Below, piece after piece: positions 38,000 through 47,883 of a DNA stretch of 64,000 bases. The notes beneath the pieces were generated by a model. That model was given only the letters and a program-made list of their open reading frames with translations, ran no database searches and was not told the DNA's origin. Made by a program: the position numbers and the translations under genes. Source of the stretch: Verrucomicrobiota bacterium (GTDB taxonomy: Bacteria > Verrucomicrobiota > Verrucomicrobiia > Limisphaerales > Palsa-1400); NCBI GenBank assembly GCA_049510745.1, contig JBEKYR010000004.1:128001-192000 (forward strand), in the 5' to 3' direction. Each line of letters begins with the position of its first letter. Position 1 is the stretch's first letter.

Positions 38000-40345
38000 A
38001 TGAACCAATTCCGGATTTTCCTGGTTGGCTCCTTGTTAACATTCTCGGCCCCGGCTTCAGCCATCGCTGCTGAAAAGCAGATGTTCGAGGCGGAAACTGC
38101 CGAACTTATCGGCGGGGCATCCAAGGTGGCTGACGGTGCGGCCTCAGGAGGGTATCTAGTCGGATTGAGCAAGCCCGGCCAAGGCGTCAAGTTCGGCGGA
38201 CTTCCGGTTGCCGGCAAATTGGCAATCCGCTATGCGTCCGTCGAAGTGGGCACGATCAGTGTCGCCGTCAACGACCAGCCGGCACGCAAGTTAAACGTTC
38301 ATTCTTCCGGGGCTGTCACCGGTTCCTTTCTCCATGCGATCATTGACGTCGCGATTCCCGCCGGCGCCATTCTGACCGTCAGTCTGGCGACCAACGATGT
38401 CGCGGTGAACGTTGACCGGATCGTTGTCGGCGACGGAGATTTGGGGCTGCCACCCGACATTTGGAACTTGCCGGCGTTACCGGTGGCCGCCGGGCCTTAT
38501 CCCGCCGACTGGAAGGGGTTGAGCCGGCTTTACACCGTGCCGGAGTGGTGGCGCGATGCCAAGTTCGGCGCGTGGGCGCACTGGGACCCGCAGTCCATGC
38601 CCGAAGACGGCGACTGGTATGCGCGCGGCATGTATATTGAGGGCAATGCGCAATATAATTACCACCGCACCCACTTCGGCCATCCGTCGGAATATGGTTA
38701 CAAGGACATTTGCAATAACTGGGTGATTGACCAGTGGAAACCCGATGAGTTGATGGATTTGTATGTCGAAATGGGAGCGCGGTATTTCATGGCCATGGGC
38801 GTTCATCATGACAACTTTGATTGCTGGGATTCGGCCTATCAGCCCTGGAACTCCGTCCGCGTCGGCCCCAAGGTGGACATCGTGGGCACGTGGGAAAAAG
38901 TCGCGCGCCAGCACGGTCTGCGGTTCGGCATCGGTTTTCACAACACTCCGGGGCGAACCTGGGGCCAGTTTATGCCGGTGCGCTACACCCACGACAAGGA
39001 GGGGCCGAAACAGGGCGTGCCCTACGATGCGCTGCAAACGATTCTGGACGGAAAAGGGAAATGGTGGGAAGGCATGGATCCGGTGGACCTTTACGGGCCG
39101 GTTCACACCGACAAGGATCCGTTGCATTCGCCCTTTGCCAACCAATTCATGTGGCGGGTGGATGACGCCATCACCAAGTATCACCCGGATGTGATTTACT
39201 TCGACGAGCACGCGGGCGATTCGCAAGTGGATTTGGGCGTCCACATGGGACTGGGTTTTCTCGCTCCGCCCCTGGCCGCTAACTACTACAATAAGTCCCT
39301 GAAGTGGAACCAAGGGAAAATGGATGTCGTGATAAATCTTAAGGGCGTGGGCGGACGTTACAACAGTTTCCAAAACAGCCCTGATCTGCTTCCTTACGTT
39401 GACCGGTCCCTGGTCAAAAGCACCGAGGCCATCATCGAATCGCAGATCATGGCGTATCCATTCCAGACCGAAACGAGCATCGCCGACTGGCACTATCGAA
39501 CCGGGCAGAGATACATGGATGCCAGAAGCGTAATCCGGTCGCTGATGCAAAACGTCTCTCGCAACGGCACAATGTTGCTCAACCTCACCCAGCACGGCCG
39601 GGGCGATCTGGATCCGCAGTTGATCCGCATTTGCAAAGACGTGGGCGCCTGGTTGAAAATCAACGGCGAAGCGGTTTACGGATCCCGGCCGTTTGAAGTC
39701 TTCGGCGAAAACTCGGTTTGTTATACTCGCAACAACGGCAAGGTATACGCCACGCTCCTGGACTGGAAAGGTGATCCGATCACCCTCAAGGCTCTGTGCG
39801 CCGGCGGGGCGACCCTGGGCAAAGTGTCCAAAGTCGAACTGCTCGGCTCCGATCTCGCGCTGACGTTCGTTCAAGACGACCAGGGGTTGAAGGTGACACC
39901 TGCCGGACCGGCGGAGCCATTGGCTGGAATCACTAACCAGCAACTGGCATCGGGGTGCCGGGTCCTGCGCATCACCCATGACAAGGGCTGGTTCAATGAC
40001 GACGACCCGGGTGCCGTAGCCGCCGGATGGGTTCGCCGCTGCAACTTGGGCACCGGCGACTTCAACAACGACCTGACCCTCAGCGACACACCGGGGGATG
40101 TTTGGAGTTGTTCGTTTACGGGCAGCAGTCTCAAGGTCATCGCTCCAAGAGAGGCAGGAGCCGGAAAGATCGAAATTCAGATTGACGGCCAAAGCCGTGC
40201 GACGGCGGATCTGTCCACTCCCGGCACGCGCCAGGCCCAGCAGGTTGTGTGCGAAGTGACCGGTCTGACTGCGGGCAAACATGCCATTAGCATTGTCAAC
40301 CGGGGTCCCGGACCGGTGGCGGTCGATGCACTAATCGTCCGGTAA
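38000..40345 (+). CDS. GH29 alpha-L-fucosidase with N-terminal CBM35-like domain
   Basis: WWRDAKFGAWAHW, HHDNFDCWDS, VIYFD, NVSRNGTMLLN, WLKINGEAVYGSRP; FEAE...IRYAS N-terminal domain. Confidence 0.9.
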   Translation: MNQFRIFLVGSLLTFSAPASAIAAEKQMFEAETAELIGGASKVADGAASGGYLVGLSKPGQGVKFGGLPVAGKLAIRYASVEVGTISVAVNDQPARKLNVHSSGAVTGSFLHAIIDVAIPAGAILTVSLATNDVAVNVDRIVVGDGDLGLPPDIWNLPALPVAAGPYPADWKGLSRLYTVPEWWRDAKFGAWAHWDPQSMPEDGDWYARGMYIEGNAQYNYHRTHFGHPSEYGYKDICNNWVIDQWKPDELMDLYVEMGARYFMAMGVHHDNFDCWDSAYQPWNSVRVGPKVDIVGTWEKVARQHGLRFGIGFHNTPGRTWGQFMPVRYTHDKEGPKQGVPYDALQTILDGKGKWWEGMDPVDLYGPVHTDKDPLHSPFANQFMWRVDDAITKYHPDVIYFDEHAGDSQVDLGVHMGLGFLAPPLAANYYNKSLKWNQGKMDVVINLKGVGGRYNSFQNSPDLLPYVDRSLVKSTEAIIESQIMAYPFQTETSIADWHYRTGQRYMDARSVIRSLMQNVSRNGTMLLNLTQHGRGDLDPQLIRICKDVGAWLKINGEAVYGSRPFEVFGENSVCYTRNNGKVYATLLDWKGDPITLKALCAGGATLGKVSKVELLGSDLALTFVQDDQGLKVTPAGPAEPLAGITNQQLASGCRVLRITHDKGWFNDDDPGAVAAGWVRRCNLGTGDFNNDLTLSDTPGDVWSCSFTGSSLKVIAPREAGAGKIEIQIDGQSRATADLSTPGTRQAQQVVCEVTGLTAGKHAISIVNRGPGPVAVDALIVR

Positions 40346-40370
40346 GCGGCACGGGACGTGGCCTCTGTTG

Positions 40371-40460
40371 TACGAGCGCCGGCTTGGCAAATACGAACGC
40401 CACCGCCTTCAGGCGTTGAGCGACTTGATGAACGGCCGCAAAGAAAAGAAAGACAGTTAA
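40371..40460 (+). pseudogene. 3' remnant of an ArsR-family regulator gene
   Basis: YERRLGKYERHRLQALSDLMNGRKEKKDS* resembles the C-terminus of ArsR regulators encoded upstream of SRPBCC genes; no HTH or start upstream. Confidence 0.55.
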
Positions 40461-40464
40461 CAGC

Positions 40465-43056
40465 ATGAAAAAGGTCGGATTCGTTTATTTGACATACATT
40501 CGCACGACCCCGGAAAAGCTGTGGAAGGCGCTGACTGCAAGATTCTGCACTGCAGCCACCGGTTGCCTGATCGCCGTGCAAGCCTTCACTGCGTCTTCCG
40601 CCGCGCCTGCGGAGCTGAAGCGCGATACCAACTTCGATCGCGACTGGCGCTTCCTAAAAGGTGATGCACTCGGCGCAGAAAACGCCGCCTTCAATGACTC
40701 CGCCTGGCGAACCCTCGACCTGCCCCATGACTGGAGCCTTGAAGACCTGCAACCAGCAGCCGGGAATGGGTCCCCGGTTGCGCGTTCGGTCCTGCCGGAA
40801 CCGACGAACTCCCCCGCAACTGGCGGCGGTCACGGTCGCGGTCGCGTTAATTTTGAAGTGGTCGGGCCGTTCTCACCGGAAAGCCCCGGCGGCACGGCCA
40901 CGGGCTACACGCTCGGCGGCACCGGCTGGTACCGCAAGCACTTCGTGCTCGACAATCAGACTCTCGGAAAGCGAGTCAACATCGAGTTCGACGGCGTCTA
41001 TATGAATTCCGACGCGTGGCTCAATGGCCACCCTCTCGGCAACCATCCTTACGGCTACACCGCCTTCGCTTACGACCTCACGGAGTTCCTGAATCCGCCC
41101 GGACAGGAGAATGTGCTCGCCGTGCGCGTGCGCAATCTGGGCAGGAACAGCCGCTGGTACTCCGGTTCGGGCATTTACCGGCATGTCGTTCTCCGGGTGA
41201 CCGACCCGCTGCGCGTCGGCCAATGGGGCCTCAGCGTGACGACGCCCCAGGTCTCGAAGGAACGGGCGACAGTGAACGTGGTGACGATCGTGGAGAACGG
41301 GCGGAACGCCGAAATGGACATCCCCTTGCGTATAAAACTGCGCGGTCCAACCGGGCGGACCTTGCAATCTGGCGAAACCAACGTCCATTTGGCCGCTGGC
41401 GGCCATGCGGAAGTCCCACTGGGCTTCGAGGTCAAGTCGCCCCCGCTCTGGTCTCCCGATACTCCGGTCCTCTGCCAGGCCGAGGTGGAGCTTCTGGCCG
41501 GCGGCCAAGCGGTGGACGCGACCACAGCGGCCTTCGGCATCCGGGAGATCAAATTCTCCTTGGAGAACGGCTTCACGCTCAACGGCGCGCCGGAAAAACT
41601 GCGCGGCGGCTGTATGCATCATGATAACGGGCCGCTCGGCTCTGCGGCGATTGACCGCGCCGAAGAACGCCGGGTCGAGCTGATGAAAGCGAGCGGTTAC
41701 AACGCCATCCGCACAAGCCATAATCCGCCTTCATCGGCTTTTCTGGACGCCTGCGACCGGCTGGGCGTCCTGGTCCTGGACGAGGCCTTTGACTGCTGGG
41801 AGAAGGGCAAGAATCCCGAGGACTACGGCAAGTATTTCGATGATTGGTGGCAGCGCGACTTGGATGCGATGATCCTGCGCGACCGCAATCACCCGTGCGT
41901 CATCCTGTGGAGCATCGGCAACGAAATCCCCCAGCGCGCCGAAGAGCGCGGCTATGTGATCGCCAAGCAGTTGAGCGATGAGATCCGCCGCCTGGACCCC
42001 ACTCGCCCCGTCACCGAAGCCATCTGCGACTTCTGGGATCAGCCCGGCCGCCCCTGGTCGGACACCGAAAAAGCGTTTACCTTCCTCGACGTCGGCGGCT
42101 ACAACTACCAATTCGGGCAATACGAGGGGGACCACCAGAAATTCCCCAACCGCATCATTGTCGGCACCGAGTCGTATCCCAGCTCCATTGCGGCTCTCTG
42201 GCGCGTCGTGGAAACGAACTCGTACGTGCTCGGCGACTTCGTCTGGACCGGCATGGATTACCTCGGTGAGGCCGGCTGCGGCAACGCGCGCCTCGACAAC
42301 CAGCGCGGGACTTCCTGGCCGTGGTTCAACGCCTTTTGTGGCGATTTGGACCTGTGCGGTTTCAAGAAAGCGCCGTCCTACTACCGCGACGTGGTTTGGG
42401 GCCGCAGCGAATTGGAGGTGTTCGTCCATCGCCCGATCCCGCAAGGCCGCCGCGAGGTCGTCAGCGGCTGGGGTTGGCCCGATGAACTCCCAAGCTGGAC
42501 CTGGCCCGACTGTGAAGGCAAACCGATGCAGGTTGCCGTCTATTCACGGTGCGACACAGTGCGGCTGGAACTCAACGGCAAGGAAATCGCCACTCAGCAA
42601 ATCAACAACGGCGGCAGATTGACCGCGCGCTTCGAGGTCCCCTACGCGGCCGGCAAACTCAAGGCCGTCGGCCTCAAGAACGGAAAGACCGTCGCCACCC
42701 AGACTCTGCGCACCCTCGGCCCTGCGAAGAAGGTCCGGCTCAATGTTGACCGCGCTGCCATTCGCGCGGACCGCAACGACCTGGCCTATGTGACGGTGGA
42801 AATCACCGATGCTTCCGGTAACATTCTGCCGGACGCTTCGAACCTGGTGCGCTTCACGCTAAACGGTCCAGGCGAACTGGCCGGCGTCGGCAGCGGCGCC
42901 CCCAATGTGCCAGAGAGTTTCCGCCAGCCCCAGCACACCGCCTACCACGGACGCTGCCTGGCAATTCTGCGTCCGCTGGGTCCGACCGGCAAACTGGCCC
43001 TCCGTGCCGAGGCCGACGGCCTTTCGGCCGCGGAAGTCACGGTTCGTGTCAAGTAG
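40465..43056 (+). CDS. GH2 beta-galactosidase-like glycosidase with a chimeric SRPBCC-derived N-terminus
   Basis: LPHDWS, FDGVYMN, SRWYSGSGIYR, HHDNG, IRTSHNP, WSIGNE, GTES, WTGMDYLGE. Confidence 0.9.
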   Translation: MKKVGFVYLTYIRTTPEKLWKALTARFCTAATGCLIAVQAFTASSAAPAELKRDTNFDRDWRFLKGDALGAENAAFNDSAWRTLDLPHDWSLEDLQPAAGNGSPVARSVLPEPTNSPATGGGHGRGRVNFEVVGPFSPESPGGTATGYTLGGTGWYRKHFVLDNQTLGKRVNIEFDGVYMNSDAWLNGHPLGNHPYGYTAFAYDLTEFLNPPGQENVLAVRVRNLGRNSRWYSGSGIYRHVVLRVTDPLRVGQWGLSVTTPQVSKERATVNVVTIVENGRNAEMDIPLRIKLRGPTGRTLQSGETNVHLAAGGHAEVPLGFEVKSPPLWSPDTPVLCQAEVELLAGGQAVDATTAAFGIREIKFSLENGFTLNGAPEKLRGGCMHHDNGPLGSAAIDRAEERRVELMKASGYNAIRTSHNPPSSAFLDACDRLGVLVLDEAFDCWEKGKNPEDYGKYFDDWWQRDLDAMILRDRNHPCVILWSIGNEIPQRAEERGYVIAKQLSDEIRRLDPTRPVTEAICDFWDQPGRPWSDTEKAFTFLDVGGYNYQFGQYEGDHQKFPNRIIVGTESYPSSIAALWRVVETNSYVLGDFVWTGMDYLGEAGCGNARLDNQRGTSWPWFNAFCGDLDLCGFKKAPSYYRDVVWGRSELEVFVHRPIPQGRREVVSGWGWPDELPSWTWPDCEGKPMQVAVYSRCDTVRLELNGKEIATQQINNGGRLTARFEVPYAAGKLKAVGLKNGKTVATQTLRTLGPAKKVRLNVDRAAIRADRNDLAYVTVEITDASGNILPDASNLVRFTLNGPGELAGVGSGAPNVPESFRQPQHTAYHGRCLAILRPLGPTGKLALRAEADGLSAAEVTVRVK

Positions 43057-43111
43057 CCCACGGCCCCTGCGTCTCAAATCGTTTTACGCAAAATTATCCT
43101 TTGGACAGCAA

Positions 43112-44758
43112 GTGAAATCTGCCATCGCCATCGGGCTGACTGCGTGCTGGCTGGCGGCAACGGCACTGGCGGCCACTGAACCCGCGGTCATTCCGAAGCC
43201 GCAAAAGATGGAGCGCACGGAAGGCGAGTTCAAGTTGGCGCCTGATTTGGTCATTGCGACCGACGCGGCTTCCAAAGACACCGCCAAATTCTTGGCGGAA
43301 CGGCTGCGGCCGGCCACGGGTTATTCCATCAAGACCAAGGTGCGGAAGGGGCCAAACCAAACGTTCCGCGGCAGTGTGATTTTTCTGACTGCCGAGAATG
43401 CCAAAGCCGGCCTGGGCGCGGAAGGCTACGAATTAACTGTCGTGCCCGGCGTCATCACCCTTCAGGCACCGACGCAGGCGGGTTTGTTCTACGGCGCGCA
43501 AACGTTGCTGCAACTGCTGCCGCCGGAAATTTTTTCCGCCAAGGTTGTGAAGAACTTCGACTGGGAAATTCCCTGCGTAAAAATCACCGACGCGCCGCGC
43601 TTTCCCTGGCGCGGGCTGATGCTCGACGTGAGCCGCCATTTTTACACCAAACAGGAAGCGGAAAAAATGATGGACGTGATGGCACTGCACAAACTGAACA
43701 CCTTCCATTGGCATTTGGTGGACGACCAGGGCTGGCGTATCGAAATCAAAAAATATCCCAAGCTCACGAGCGTCGGCGCGTGGCGCGCAGGCGTGGGGTT
43801 TGGTTTGCCAACCAACTCAACGACGGCCTGCCGCAAGGACGGCCGCTACGGCGGATTTTATACGCAGAAAGACATCCGCGAGGTGGTGGCCTGCGCGCAG
43901 AAGCTGCACATCACCATCGTGCCCGAAATCGAAATGCCGGGCCACTCGCTCGCGGCGCTCTCGGCCTATCCGGAACTCGGCGCCGGGCCGGGACCGTTCC
44001 AGATTCCGCTCAAAGGCGGCGTCTTTCGCGGAATCTATTCTCCGGCCAAACCGGAGACGTTCGAGTTTTTGCAGAACGTGCTGACGGAAGTGTTTGAGCT
44101 TTTTCCCGGAAAATACATCCACATCGGCGGTGACGAGGTGCCAAAGGGGTCGTGGACCAACGACCCCGCCTGCCTGGCGCTGATGGAACGCGAGGGGCTG
44201 AAAAGCAAGGAGGAATTGCAGAGCTGGTTCACGCGGCGCATGGAAACATTCATCAACGCGCACGGCAAAACCCTCATCGGCTGGAGCGAAATTCTCCAGG
44301 GCGGCCTGGCGCAAAACGCGGTGGTGATGGACTGGATTGGCGGCGGCCGCGAAGCCGCCAGCGCAGGCCATGACGTGGTGATGTCGCCGACTGCGAATTG
44401 TTATTTTGATGGATACCAGGCTCGTGACCGCAAGACCGAGCCGCGCGCCAGCGGCGGATTCATGCCGTTGCGCAAAGTCTATGCTTTTGAGCCGGTGCCC
44501 CCGGGCCTTGCGCCGGAATTTGCCAGACACATTCTCGGCGGCCAGGGCAACCTCTGGACGGAAGTTGTTCCAAACTTGAAACACGCCGAATACATGATTT
44601 TCCCGCGGGTGTTCGCGATTGCGGAAGCGACCTGGTCCCCCAAAGAGGCGCGCGACTACGACGATTTTCTGCACCGCCTGAAAGCCGACGAGCATCGCCT
44701 GGATCAACTGGGCGTGAACTATCGCAGCTCGGCGCTCGGCGACGGCTCCGGTTCTTGA
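43112..44758 (+). CDS. GH20 beta-N-acetylhexosaminidase
   Basis: PRFPWRGLMLDVSRHF, HWHLVDDQGWR, PEIEMPGH, HIGGDE, GGQGNLWTE. GTG 43112 start precedes a signal peptide. Confidence 0.92.
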   Translation: MKSAIAIGLTACWLAATALAATEPAVIPKPQKMERTEGEFKLAPDLVIATDAASKDTAKFLAERLRPATGYSIKTKVRKGPNQTFRGSVIFLTAENAKAGLGAEGYELTVVPGVITLQAPTQAGLFYGAQTLLQLLPPEIFSAKVVKNFDWEIPCVKITDAPRFPWRGLMLDVSRHFYTKQEAEKMMDVMALHKLNTFHWHLVDDQGWRIEIKKYPKLTSVGAWRAGVGFGLPTNSTTACRKDGRYGGFYTQKDIREVVACAQKLHITIVPEIEMPGHSLAALSAYPELGAGPGPFQIPLKGGVFRGIYSPAKPETFEFLQNVLTEVFELFPGKYIHIGGDEVPKGSWTNDPACLALMEREGLKSKEELQSWFTRRMETFINAHGKTLIGWSEILQGGLAQNAVVMDWIGGGREAASAGHDVVMSPTANCYFDGYQARDRKTEPRASGGFMPLRKVYAFEPVPPGLAPEFARHILGGQGNLWTEVVPNLKHAEYMIFPRVFAIAEATWSPKEARDYDDFLHRLKADEHRLDQLGVNYRSSALGDGSGS

Positions 44759-44788
44759 AACCAAACCGAGGATGGCGGCATGGCAACG

Positions 44789-44806
44789 ACCTGACAGATG
44801 TCATAT
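44789..44806. promoter_or_regulatory. Operator copy ACCTGACA-GA-TGTCATAT
   Basis: TGACA-N2-TGTCA core about 35 bp upstream of the GH43 start. Confidence 0.5.
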
Positions 44807-44840
44807 ACAGAATCACCCGCCTTCGGGCTACTTGAACAGC

Positions 44841-46253
44841 ATGAAAAAGTCTGGAATTCAGAAACTCGCGTTGGGAACCGCCGCGGCCGCCGCAACGGCT
44901 CTAGGGACGATCTGCTATGCGGATAATCCAATCATACAAACGAAGTTTACCGCCGATCCGGCTCCGCTGGTCTATAAGGACACGGTTTACCTTTACACCA
45001 GCCATGACGAGGACGATGCCAAAGGTTTTAAGATGTTGAATTGGCTGCTCTATACTTCAACAGACATGGTCAACTGGACGGATCATGGAATCATAGGGGG
45101 TGTGGCGGCCCCCTATAGGACATTCAGCTGGGCGGACGGCTATAATGCATGGGCTCCTCAGTGCATCGACCGAAACGGCAAGTTTTATTTGTATTGCCCC
45201 TTTCCTTACAAGGGGCAGATGGTCATCGGCGTGGCGGTGTCGGAGAGTCCCTTCGGGCCGTTTACTGATCCTCTGGGAAAACCTTTGGTCGTGGGCAGCT
45301 ACGACCCTACCGTCTTCATCGACGATGACGGGCAGGCCTATCTCTGTTGGGGGGGGAATGGTCCTTGTTATTATGTGAAGTTAAATGAAGACATGATCTC
45401 TGTTTCGGGCAGCATCAACGTGGCCTCCATCGACTTCACCGGAACTCCACCCGAGGCGTCTTACACGGAAGGCCCGTGGTTGTGGAAGAACAACAGCCAT
45501 TACTACCTGGCCTGGGCGTCCCGCTGCTGTCCCGAAGGCATCGGGTATGGAATGAGCGACAGTCCTACGGGGCCGTGGAAGTGCAAGGGAACGATCATGG
45601 ATCCGAACCCCAAGTCCTCCGGGAACCATCCGGGAATAATTGATTACAAGGGGAAGTCATACGTTTTCGGCTTCAATTACGCGGTGAATTTCGCGCTGAC
45701 CAACGTCCATCGTGAAAGGCGTTCGATCTGCGTGGAAGAAATGACCTATAACGCCGACGGGACCATTCCGAAGGTTCCGTGGTGGAGCAAGGAGGGGGCG
45801 CCTCAGATCGGCACGTTGAATCCGTATGTCCGGACCGAAGCGGAAACCATTTGCTGGTCATCAGGCGTCAAGACGGAACCCTGCAGCGAGGGCGGAATGG
45901 ATGTGTGCCATATTGAAAACGGGGACTACATAAAGGTCAAGGGCGTGGATTTTGGTTCCGGCGCAAAATCCTTCGAAGCCCGAGTGGCCTCGGCAACCAA
46001 GGGCGGGAAGATTGAGCTCCGCCTGGACAGCCTAACCGGGACGGTGGTGGGGACTTGCCAAGTTCCAGGCACCGGCGGCTGGCAGACTTGGGTGACCAAG
46101 TCCTGCAAAGTCCGCCATGCCGCCGGGGTGCATGACTTGTATTTGAACTTCACCGGCGAGAGCGGCAGCCTGTTTGCGTTCAACTGGTGGAAGTTCGAAT
46201 CCGGCTCTGGCGAGGCCCGGAAGCAGGCGGGTGATGTTCTGGACACTTTCTAG
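44841..46253 (+). CDS. GH43 arabinoxylan arabinofuranohydrolase/xylosidase + CBM6
   Basis: TADPAP, WAP, YDPTVFIDDDGQAYL, YTEGPW, GNHPG; C-terminal CBM6. Confidence 0.9.
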   Translation: MKKSGIQKLALGTAAAAATALGTICYADNPIIQTKFTADPAPLVYKDTVYLYTSHDEDDAKGFKMLNWLLYTSTDMVNWTDHGIIGGVAAPYRTFSWADGYNAWAPQCIDRNGKFYLYCPFPYKGQMVIGVAVSESPFGPFTDPLGKPLVVGSYDPTVFIDDDGQAYLCWGGNGPCYYVKLNEDMISVSGSINVASIDFTGTPPEASYTEGPWLWKNNSHYYLAWASRCCPEGIGYGMSDSPTGPWKCKGTIMDPNPKSSGNHPGIIDYKGKSYVFGFNYAVNFALTNVHRERRSICVEEMTYNADGTIPKVPWWSKEGAPQIGTLNPYVRTEAETICWSSGVKTEPCSEGGMDVCHIENGDYIKVKGVDFGSGAKSFEARVASATKGGKIELRLDSLTGTVVGTCQVPGTGGWQTWVTKSCKVRHAAGVHDLYLNFTGESGSLFAFNWWKFESGSGEARKQAGDVLDTF

Positions 46254-46280
46254 CCGCCACCTGCCATCGCAGCCTGCCCA

Positions 46281-47882
46281 ATGCTCTTCCACACCTGGCC
46301 CTTCCTGGTCTTCCTGATGGTGGTGCTGCCGGGCTTCTTTGCCCTGCGAAACACCAGGTTGTGGCTGCCGTGGCTGACGCTCGCCTCCTATTTCTTTTAC
46401 GGCTGGTGGAATCCCTATTACCTGCTCCTGGTCTTGTATTCCACCCTGCTGGACTTCGGTTTGGTGGCGCTCATGGACCATTGCCCGCCCCAAGGAGGCG
46501 GGGTGGACGTCAAAGCGCGCTTGATGCGATTGGACTTTGGCGACCGGGTGCTGAAATTTGCCTTTCTGGGATCCATCTTCGCCGCCCTGGCAATCCTCGT
46601 CCTGGCAGGAGTGGGGGTCAGGACGCTTCGCCCCGCGATGGCGGGCTTGGGCGTGCTCGTCCTCCTGATGGGCCTGGGGGCGCTCTATGGCAGTCGCAAA
46701 ATCTGGCTGCTCATCAGTCTCGTCAATAATTTGGCCTTGCTGCTCTTTTTTAAATATGCCCGGTTCGTCATTCAGAACCTCAACGCGGCGTTTTCCTGGG
46801 TCCACCTTCCCTTGAAACTGGCTGATCCTTCGACCCTCATGCCTCTGGGCTTCGAGTATCTGTTGCCCGTAGGCATCTCGTTCTTCACCTTCCAATCCCT
46901 GAGTTACACGATTGATTTCTACTTCGGCAAAGTCCCTCGAGAGCGCAACCTGCTGCGATTTGCCACATTCGTCTGCTTCTTCCCGCAATTGATGGCCGGG
47001 CCCATCGAGCGCGCGCGTCATCTCCTGCCTCAATTCAACCAGTTCCCGCCCATTCGAATGCGGAACTTCACCGATGGCGCCTCCTTGTTCCTGGCGGGTT
47101 TGTTCAAGAAGCTGGCGCTGGCCAACTATTTCTCTTTCTACGTCGAGCGGGTCTATCAAGACCCTGGAGCCTCCGGCGCCCCGGCCTTGTTCTTGGCTAC
47201 GGTTGTCTTTGGCTGGCAGATCTTTTTTGATTTCAGCGGCTACACCGACATGGCGCGAGGCGTGGCCAAGGTCATGGGGTTCAACCTGATCCTCAATTTC
47301 AACAATCCCTATCTGGCGACGGGCCTGGGTGATTTCTGGTCACGCTGGCACATCAGTCTGTCAAGCTGGTTCCGAGACTACGTGTACATTCCCCTCGGCG
47401 GCAACCGGAGCGGCACCCTGCTGACGTACCGGAACTTGTTCCTCACGTTCTTCATCTCCGGCATCTGGCATGGCGCCAATTGGACGTTTATGATCTGGGG
47501 CGCCCTTCATGGCTTGGGAGTCCTGATCACCCGTGAGTTGGAACGCTCGACGCTCTATCGCGAACGGGTGCCTAAGCTGCTCAAGCAGTTTGGGGTGTTT
47601 CTATTCGTGTCCTTTACCTGGATTTTCTTTCGGGCGGATTCGCTCAATGATGCGTGTCTGATAGTCCGGCGCATTTTCAATTCGGCCTGGCAGGACCCTC
47701 GGATTCCTCTCCTCATGCTGGTCTTGATAACCGTGATCTGGCTCTACCAGTTCTTATACGAATCGAGGTTCAGGGAGCTATTGGCCGCTTCATTCGTCCG
47801 TGTGGGTCTGGCGGCCGCCATGCTCATTTACCTTTGCATCTGCTCCTCCGGCGGCGGCGCTTTCATCTACTTCCAATTCTGA
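46281..47882 (+). CDS. MBOAT O-acyltransferase (AlgI/PatA/DltB family)
   Basis: LPVGISFFTFQ, FFPQLMAGPI, DFSGYTD, FWSRWHISLSSWFRDYVYIPLGG, GIWHGA. Confidence 0.95.
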   Translation: MLFHTWPFLVFLMVVLPGFFALRNTRLWLPWLTLASYFFYGWWNPYYLLLVLYSTLLDFGLVALMDHCPPQGGGVDVKARLMRLDFGDRVLKFAFLGSIFAALAILVLAGVGVRTLRPAMAGLGVLVLLMGLGALYGSRKIWLLISLVNNLALLLFFKYARFVIQNLNAAFSWVHLPLKLADPSTLMPLGFEYLLPVGISFFTFQSLSYTIDFYFGKVPRERNLLRFATFVCFFPQLMAGPIERARHLLPQFNQFPPIRMRNFTDGASLFLAGLFKKLALANYFSFYVERVYQDPGASGAPALFLATVVFGWQIFFDFSGYTDMARGVAKVMGFNLILNFNNPYLATGLGDFWSRWHISLSSWFRDYVYIPLGGNRSGTLLTYRNLFLTFFISGIWHGANWTFMIWGALHGLGVLITRELERSTLYRERVPKLLKQFGVFLFVSFTWIFFRADSLNDACLIVRRIFNSAWQDPRIPLLMLVLITVIWLYQFLYESRFRELLAASFVRVGLAAAMLIYLCICSSGGGAFIYFQF

Positions 47883-47883
47883 C

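Noticed and set aside
38477..40282. 601-aa minus-strand ORF
   Set aside because: Antisense shadow of the GH29 gene.
42905..43111. Upstream extension of the GH20 ORF
   Set aside because: It overlaps the GH2 3' end by about 150 bp; the signal peptide begins near GTG 43112.
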